From Leptolyngbya iicbica LK (GTDB lineage: Bacteria > Cyanobacteriota > Cyanobacteriia > Phormidesmidales > Phormidesmidaceae): DNA of 24,000 bases. Shown here in pieces: positions 19,226-24,000 of the stretch. The stretch's first letter is position 1. Each line of letters begins with the position of its first letter. The position numbers and the translations under genes were made by a program. The notes below the pieces were generated by a model. It was not told the DNA's origin, made no database searches, and saw only the letters and a program-made list of their open reading frames with translations. The stretch lies in the NCBI RefSeq assembly GCF_004212215.1, contig NZ_QVFV01000013.1, positions 21,030-45,029 on the forward strand, given 5' to 3'.

Positions 19226-19292
19226 CTCCAGGGCGCCCAGAGTTAAAGATACGAACGTTGATGTTGTTACGGCTGAGGATGGTGAGGCTAGC

Positions 19293-20300
19293 ATGGGTGG
19301 TTTATTAGTTCATTTACGAAAGTTTGGGGCGATTGTGGCGATCGCTTTTCTGTGTTTCGGGTGCAGCAATGCGTTTTTGCCCGACCTCGAAAACAATCCT
19401 TGGGAGGTCGTGCATCTGGATACAGAGGCGACGTTCTCTGACATTGCTTTTACCGATGATGCTGATCACGGCTGGCTGGTGGGCAGTCGCAGCACCCTGA
19501 TGGAAACCCGTGACGGTGGCAAAACCTGGGCCCAGCGATCGCTCGACCTGGGAGATAAAGGGTTTACCTTTACCTCCGTGAGTTTTGTGGGCAATGAAGG
19601 TTGGGTCGCTGGCCAACCCCAAATTCTGCTCCACACCACGAATGGGGGCGACACTTGGGAACGGGTCCCCCTGAGCGACAAATTACCCGGTAAGCCTTTC
19701 CTCATTACGGCCCTAGCAGATAAAGAAGCTGAGTTGGCCACCGATGTAGGCGCCATTTATCGCACCCGCGATGGTGGCCAGAACTGGAAAGGGCTCGTAT
19801 TAGGGGCTGTAGGCGTTGTCCGCAACATGAGTCGGAGTCCCGACGGCAGCTACGCGGCCGTCTCTTCACGGGGCAACTTTTACTCTCTGTGGTCCCCTGG
19901 CGATTTGGAATGGCGTCCTTTCAACCGTGAGAGCTCTCGCCGCTTGCAAAATATTGGTTTTGACCAAGATGGTGGCTTATGGCTGCTAGAACGGGGCGGA
20001 CAGATTCAGTTTTCGCTCACGGGCGAAGAGGAAGATTGGCAGGAGCCGATCACCCCTGAGTTAGCTACTAGCTGGGGCTTTTTGGATGCGGCCTTCCGCA
20101 CGTCTGAGGAACTTTGGGTTTCCGGCGGGAGTGGAACGCTGTACTTCAGTCCCGATGATGGGTTGACCTGGTTCAAAGATGCTGACGTTGATCAGGTCCC
20201 CTCGAACCTGTATCGCATCATTTTCAATACCCCAGACCAGGGTTTCATCTTGGGCCAAAACGGTTACTTACTGCGGTATGCTGGCGCTCAAGCAGCTTAA
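19293..20300 (+). CDS. ycf48: Photosystem II assembly lipoprotein Ycf48 (HCF136 homolog)
   Basis: Beta-propeller repeats with GWLVGSRSTLMETRDGGKTW, GWVAGQPQILLHTTNGGDTW and IYRTRDGGQNW, and an N-terminal lipobox CFGCS. The start at 19293 (MGGLLVHLRKFG) is preferred over the track start at 19185. Confidence 0.93.
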   Translation: MGGLLVHLRKFGAIVAIAFLCFGCSNAFLPDLENNPWEVVHLDTEATFSDIAFTDDADHGWLVGSRSTLMETRDGGKTWAQRSLDLGDKGFTFTSVSFVGNEGWVAGQPQILLHTTNGGDTWERVPLSDKLPGKPFLITALADKEAELATDVGAIYRTRDGGQNWKGLVLGAVGVVRNMSRSPDGSYAAVSSRGNFYSLWSPGDLEWRPFNRESSRRLQNIGFDQDGGLWLLERGGQIQFSLTGEEEDWQEPITPELATSWGFLDAAFRTSEELWVSGGSGTLYFSPDDGLTWFKDADVDQVPSNLYRIIFNTPDQGFILGQNGYLLRYAGAQAA

Positions 20301-20405
20301 GGTCGGCTCGTGGAATGCGGAACTTAGCATCTAACTTGTGATGGATTCCTGAGTTCCGTATCATTAAGTAATAGGATTGATACACACGTTACATGTGAGG
20401 TTGAT

Positions 20406-20654
20406 ATGGCAGGTGATACCGGCGAACGGCCCTTTGGCGACATTATTACAAGCATCCGTTACTGGGTCATTCATAGTGTTACCATCCCCGCTTTGTTTAT
20501 TGCTGGCTGGCTCTTTGTGAGCACTGGTTTGGCTTACGATGCCTTTGGCACTCCTCGTCCCAACGAGTATTACCAGAGCAATCAGATGGAACTGCCCATT
20601 GTGTCGGATCGCTATGAGGCAGAACAGCAAATTAAAGAGTTTTTGGGCCAATAA
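20406..20654 (+). CDS. psbE: Cytochrome b559 alpha subunit
   Basis: [56 protein letters not shown] is near-invariant PsbE. Confidence 0.98.
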   Translation: MAGDTGERPFGDIITSIRYWVIHSVTIPALFIAGWLFVSTGLAYDAFGTPRPNEYYQSNQMELPIVSDRYEAEQQIKEFLGQ

Positions 20655-20708
20655 CGGCGCTCAAAACTGTTAACCCTTAGTGCAGTCGAACGAATTAGTG
20701 AGCAGGAC

Positions 20709-20840
20709 ATGACGAACACTCCCAATGAACCAACGGTTTATCCCATTTTTACGGTGCGGTGGCTAGCCGTACACACCCTTGGCGTTCCCAGCGTTTTCTT
20801 CTTGGGCGCGATCGCCGCAATGCAGTTTATTCAGCGATAG
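20709..20840 (+). CDS. psbF: Cytochrome b559 beta subunit (missed by the ORF track)
   Basis: Manual translation: [43 protein letters not shown], 43 aa, with the heme-ligand RWLAVHTL motif. Confidence 0.97.
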   Translation: MTNTPNEPTVYPIFTVRWLAVHTLGVPSVFFLGAIAAMQFIQR

Positions 20841-20850
20841 GAGCACACCA

Positions 20851-20970
20851 GTGGAACGGAATCAGAATCCGAATAAACAACCAGTTGAGCTGAACCGGAC
20901 ATCCCTTTATCTGGGACTGTTGCTGGTCTTTGTGACTGGGTTGCTGTTTTCCAGTTATTTCTTCAACTAA
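20851..20970 (+). CDS. psbL: Photosystem II protein L, GTG start
   Basis: GTG at 20851 gives (M)[38 protein letters not shown], 39 aa. The SD-like AGGAG overlaps the psbF stop (TAGGAG). The track ORF 20779-20970 starts inside psbF and is an artefact of requiring an ATG. Confidence 0.96.
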   Translation: MERNQNPNKQPVELNRTSLYLGLLLVFVTGLLFSSYFFN

Positions 20971-21048
20971 GTCTGGCAAGTCATTAGTTTCATCAGGCTT
21001 TGAGCCGCTGTTGTTGTGTTGATTAGTTTGTGAGTAGGAGGTACCAAA

Positions 21049-21168
21049 ATGATTAAGAATGGACGGATTCCTTTGTGGATTGTGGCCACCGTTGCTGGCA
21101 CTGGTGTGCTGGTGGTAGTCGGTCTGTTTTTCTACGGGGCTTATGCGGGCGTCGGTTCAGCCGTTTAG
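21049..21168 (+). CDS. psbJ: Photosystem II protein J (missed by the ORF track)
   Basis: Manual translation: [39 protein letters not shown], 39 aa, with strong SD GTAGGAGGTACCAAA upstream. Confidence 0.96.
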   Translation: MIKNGRIPLWIVATVAGTGVLVVVGLFFYGAYAGVGSAV

Positions 21169-21208
21169 TTAATCTTGGCAGGCGCTTCTATTGCTGTCAT
21201 ACGCCTCA

Positions 21209-21238
21209 AAGCGGTTGCTTAACCAGCAGCCGCTTTTT
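21209..21238 (+). terminator. Intrinsic terminator of the psbEFLJ cluster
   Basis: AAGCGGTTGCT (21209-21219), loop TAACC, AGCAGCCGCTT (21225-21235). This is an 11-bp stem with one G:U pair, followed by a T-run. Confidence 0.75.
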
Positions 21239-21370
21239 AGTTGCTTAAAATTTGAATCGCTGAATCATTTTATGAATACTCGCGCCTCCTACTTCATCGC
21301 CTGCAGTCATGTCGCCTGAGGTGAAGTGAGCGGGGAGATGCTTTTGGGCAATAATGTATTCGCTTTCGGC

Positions 21371-21994
21371 CTACCGCTGATGGGCGGGCCGACTTCGTTG
21401 TTCGAGCCAGAGCAAGAGACCGTTGAAGGCAAAGGCGAGGATGGCGACTGCGATCGCGCCAGCCCAAATTTTGTCAATGCGATTCGTTTGAATGCCGTCG
21501 AACAAGAGTGTACCCAAGCCGCCAGCATTGAACTTGGCACCGATCGTCGCGATCGCGATCGCCACAATTGCGGCAATTCTCACCCCCGCTACAAACACAG
21601 GCAACACCAACGGCACCTGCACCCACCACCACCGTTGCCATAGGCTCATGCCCATGCCCCGCGCCGCTTCGAGTATCGAGCCATCAATGCCCGCCAGGCC
21701 CACGGTGAGGTTGCGTACCAAAATGACCTGGGTATAGATCACCATTGCCACGATGACCGAGGTCGCATTGAGCCCAAACACAGGCACCAGAAAAATAATC
21801 AGCGCCAGACTAGGAATCGTGTAAAAAATTCCCAATAGCCCCATCACCGGAACGGAAAGCCAGCGCACATGGTTAATCAACAAGGCAATGGGAACGGCAA
21901 TCAGAATAGCGATCGCCAAAGCACTGAGCGTCATCTGTAAATGCTGCCAGACCAGGGTTGCGATTTCGCCAGGGTGGTTCAGCAAATAGGCCAT
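21371..21994 (-). CDS. Osmoprotectant (glycine betaine/choline-type) ABC transporter permease, OpuCB/ProW-like
   Basis: 207-aa membrane protein with an EAARGMGMSLWQRWWWVQVPLVLPVFVAGVR EAA loop and IATIGAKFNAGGLGTLLFDGI, typical of OpuC/YehW permeases. Confidence 0.9.
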   Translation of the reverse strand: MAYLLNHPGEIATLVWQHLQMTLSALAIAILIAVPIALLINHVRWLSVPVMGLLGIFYTIPSLALIIFLVPVFGLNATSVIVAMVIYTQVILVRNLTVGLAGIDGSILEAARGMGMSLWQRWWWVQVPLVLPVFVAGVRIAAIVAIAIATIGAKFNAGGLGTLLFDGIQTNRIDKIWAGAIAVAILAFAFNGLLLWLEQRSRPAHQR

Positions 21995-22962
21995 CAGTGG
22001 TTGTGCTCCCGGGCGCAGGTGCGAATGTGATCCAACGTTAATCGTCCGACGGGTTCACCCTGACGGACAACAGTAAGTTCAGGGGCTCCAGTTTTTAGAA
22101 TGATGGATAAGGCATCGCGCAGGTTGGCGTCAGCCTCAACCACTGGATGCTGACCGGGTTGAAACGGGGCTGGCAGTGGCATCAGCGCCGCATCGACTGG
22201 GACCTGCCCTAACTGACGCACCATATCGTCAGCGCCTAAAAGTTGATGAACAAAGGGATCGGCAGGTTGCGTTAACAGCTTGAAAGGGGTGTCAAATTGG
22301 ACAATCCGCCCCGCATTCATGACGATAATGCGATCGCCCAACCGCAGTGCTTCATCCACATCGTGAGAGACAAACAGGATCGTTTTTTTCAATTGCTGAT
22401 GCAAGCGCAGAATCTCTGCCTGCAGGGCATTTCGAGTAATCGCGTCAATCGCCCCAAACGGCTCATCCATCAACATATAGTCGGGATTACCCGCTAAGGC
22501 ACGAGCGATGCCGACCCGCTGTTGTTGACCACCCGATAACTGAGCCGGATAGCGATCGCGATAGTCAGCAGGCGGCAGTTTTACCAAATCCAGCAGTTCA
22601 TCCACCCGAGCTTGAATTTTTTGCATCGGCCACTTCAGCAACTTGGGCACCACAGCCACATTATTCGCGACCGTCATATGGGGAAATAACCCCGATTGTT
22701 GAATCACGTAGCCAATTTTTTGGCGCAGTGTTGTCGGGCGTAACGCTTTGATATTTTGCCCGGCCATCGTGATGCGCCCTTTAGTAGGCTCATAAAGGCG
22801 GTTGACCATCTTTAGCAGAGTCGTTTTACCGCAGCCCGAAGGCCCCAAAATGACGACCAATTCACCCGATTGAATTTCACAAGTCACCTGATCCACCGCT
22901 GGGCGAGCCATCCCCGCAAATTTCAGCGTGACCTGTTCAAATAAAATATTGCCCATTGCCAA
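21994..22962 (-). CDS. Osmoprotectant ABC transporter ATP-binding protein, OpuCA/ProV-like
   Basis: Walker A GPSGCGKTT, signature LSGGQQQRVGIARAL, Walker B YMLMDEPFGAID, H-loop LFVSHDVDEAL. The C-terminus is a short CBS-like remnant. Confidence 0.93.
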   Translation of the reverse strand: MAMGNILFEQVTLKFAGMARPAVDQVTCEIQSGELVVILGPSGCGKTTLLKMVNRLYEPTKGRITMAGQNIKALRPTTLRQKIGYVIQQSGLFPHMTVANNVAVVPKLLKWPMQKIQARVDELLDLVKLPPADYRDRYPAQLSGGQQQRVGIARALAGNPDYMLMDEPFGAIDAITRNALQAEILRLHQQLKKTILFVSHDVDEALRLGDRIIVMNAGRIVQFDTPFKLLTQPADPFVHQLLGADDMVRQLGQVPVDAALMPLPAPFQPGQHPVVEADANLRDALSIILKTGAPELTVVRQGEPVGRLTLDHIRTCAREHNH

Positions 22963-23073
22963 CCTAAAAAGTGGTCAGAATTAAGCCCTGTAAGGGGCAA
23001 TCGCTGCCGTGAAATGAGTGGCCAAGCTCACTCCGCCCCTCGACAACCAGAGTCAACCCAAGCATCTAAGGCT

Positions 23074-24000
23074 TTACTCAGCCTCGCTGGCAGCAGCTTC
23101 TAGCAGCCCAGACTCTTGCAAAAACTGCAGCGCCACCGCATCTGGCTCCTGAGCTTCACCTGTGACCTGATAATTAAGCGACTGCATCACCTCGTCAGTA
23201 ATCAGCGGCGCCAGACTATTCAAAATATCTCGGACATCAGGATTCGCATCTAACACCTCTTGACGCACCACAGGCGCAACTTGATAAGGCGGAAAGAGTT
23301 GTTGATCGTCCTCCAACAACACCAGGTCAAACGCGCTGATTTCACCATCTGTACCAAAGGCGACAGCCACATCAGCTTCACCATCGACTAAGCCTTTATA
23401 ACGCAACCCGGCATCGACGGCTTTGTAACTATTGAGTTGAAAATTTCCATAGGCGGCTTGCAGACCCGGTAAGCCGTCTTCCCGAACTTCAAACTCGGGG
23501 GGGCCAATTAAAGTGAGGTTGCTGGCTTGAGCTGCGAACTCAGAAATTGTCGTAATGCCCAATTCGCTAGACTTCTCTTGGGTCATGGCCAATGCCTGAG
23601 TATTATTCATCGGCGACGGCTCTAGCCAAACCAAATTGAACTGTTCTTGGTACTGACTCGAAACCGTTTCGTATACCACCGTCGGATCACTATTCGCCTC
23701 GGCTTTGAGTACCGTTAATAAACCAGTGCCCGTATATTCAGGATATAAATCAATTTCGCCACTTTCGAGCGCCGCTTGGGCAACGGGGGTGCCGCCCAAG
23801 TTCAACTTGCGCTCGACCGAGTAGCCTGCGTCTTCCAGCACAAGCGCATACATTTCGCCCAAGATGAGCTGCTCAGTAAAATCTTTTGAGCCTACGCGGA
23901 TGACATCGCTACCGCCGTTATTACCTGCGCAGGCCACAGTAACGAATACTGCACAGACAAATAGAGCCACTGGGGACAACCAACGTCGCCAAATTCTCAT
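23074..24000 (-). CDS. Osmoprotectant ABC transporter substrate-binding lipoprotein, OpuCC/OsmF-like
   Basis: Lipobox VTVACAG, then VIRVGSKDFTEQLILGEMYALVLEDAGYSVERKLNLGGTPVAQAALESGEIDLYPEYTGTGLLTVL, diagnostic of the OpuAC/OsmF family. The start codon occupies the last 3 nt of the window. Confidence 0.93.
   Translation of the reverse strand: MRIWRRWLSPVALFVCAVFVTVACAGNNGGSDVIRVGSKDFTEQLILGEMYALVLEDAGYSVERKLNLGGTPVAQAALESGEIDLYPEYTGTGLLTVLKAEANSDPTVVYETVSSQYQEQFNLVWLEPSPMNNTQALAMTQEKSSELGITTISEFAAQASNLTLIGPPEFEVREDGLPGLQAAYGNFQLNSYKAVDAGLRYKGLVDGEADVAVAFGTDGEISAFDLVLLEDDQQLFPPYQVAPVVRQEVLDANPDVRDILNSLAPLITDEVMQSLNYQVTGEAQEPDAVALQFLQESGLLEAAASEAE

Noticed and set aside
20779-20970. Track ORF of 63 aa starting inside psbF
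   Set aside because: Real gene is psbL from GTG 20851. The upstream 24 residues are out-of-frame psbF sequence.
21201-21240. Possible regulatory hairpin after psbJ
   Set aside because: Stem plus T-run and position after the last PSII gene fit an ordinary terminator, so it is listed as a feature rather than a novel finding.

Overview
This 24 kb window looks like ordinary chromosomal core sequence from a cyanobacterium. It carries many GCGATCGC (HIP1) octamers, PSII genes and NDH-1 genes. From left to right I read: the 5' part of sat (-), mnmA (-), a secreted protein with two SPOR-like segments (+), nnr (+), a ~0.9 kb gene-poor stretch, two small lipoproteins (+), an initiator tRNA-Met with CCA encoded plus a strong terminator (+), an M50/CBS rhomboid-independent site-2-protease-like gene (-), a membrane PAS/HAMP histidine kinase (-), a CpdA-like metallophosphoesterase (-), a ~0.8 kb gene-poor stretch with an imperfect palindromic segment, a pentapeptide repeat protein (+), an MFS transporter (-), an M23 peptidase (-), ndhC-ndhK-ndhJ (-), the rubA-ycf48-psbE-psbF-psbL-psbJ cluster (+), and an OpuC-like osmoprotectant ABC transporter (-). 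psbF and psbJ are missing from the ORF track, and psbL is mis-started there. I found no convincing new multi-gene system, CRISPR array or intact mobile element. The most worthwhile leads are non-coding: a nested imperfect palindrome (~12493-12707), a perfect 14-bp inverted repeat upstream of tRNA-fMet (7453-7513), and an imperfect inverted repeat in the 4921-5857 gap.
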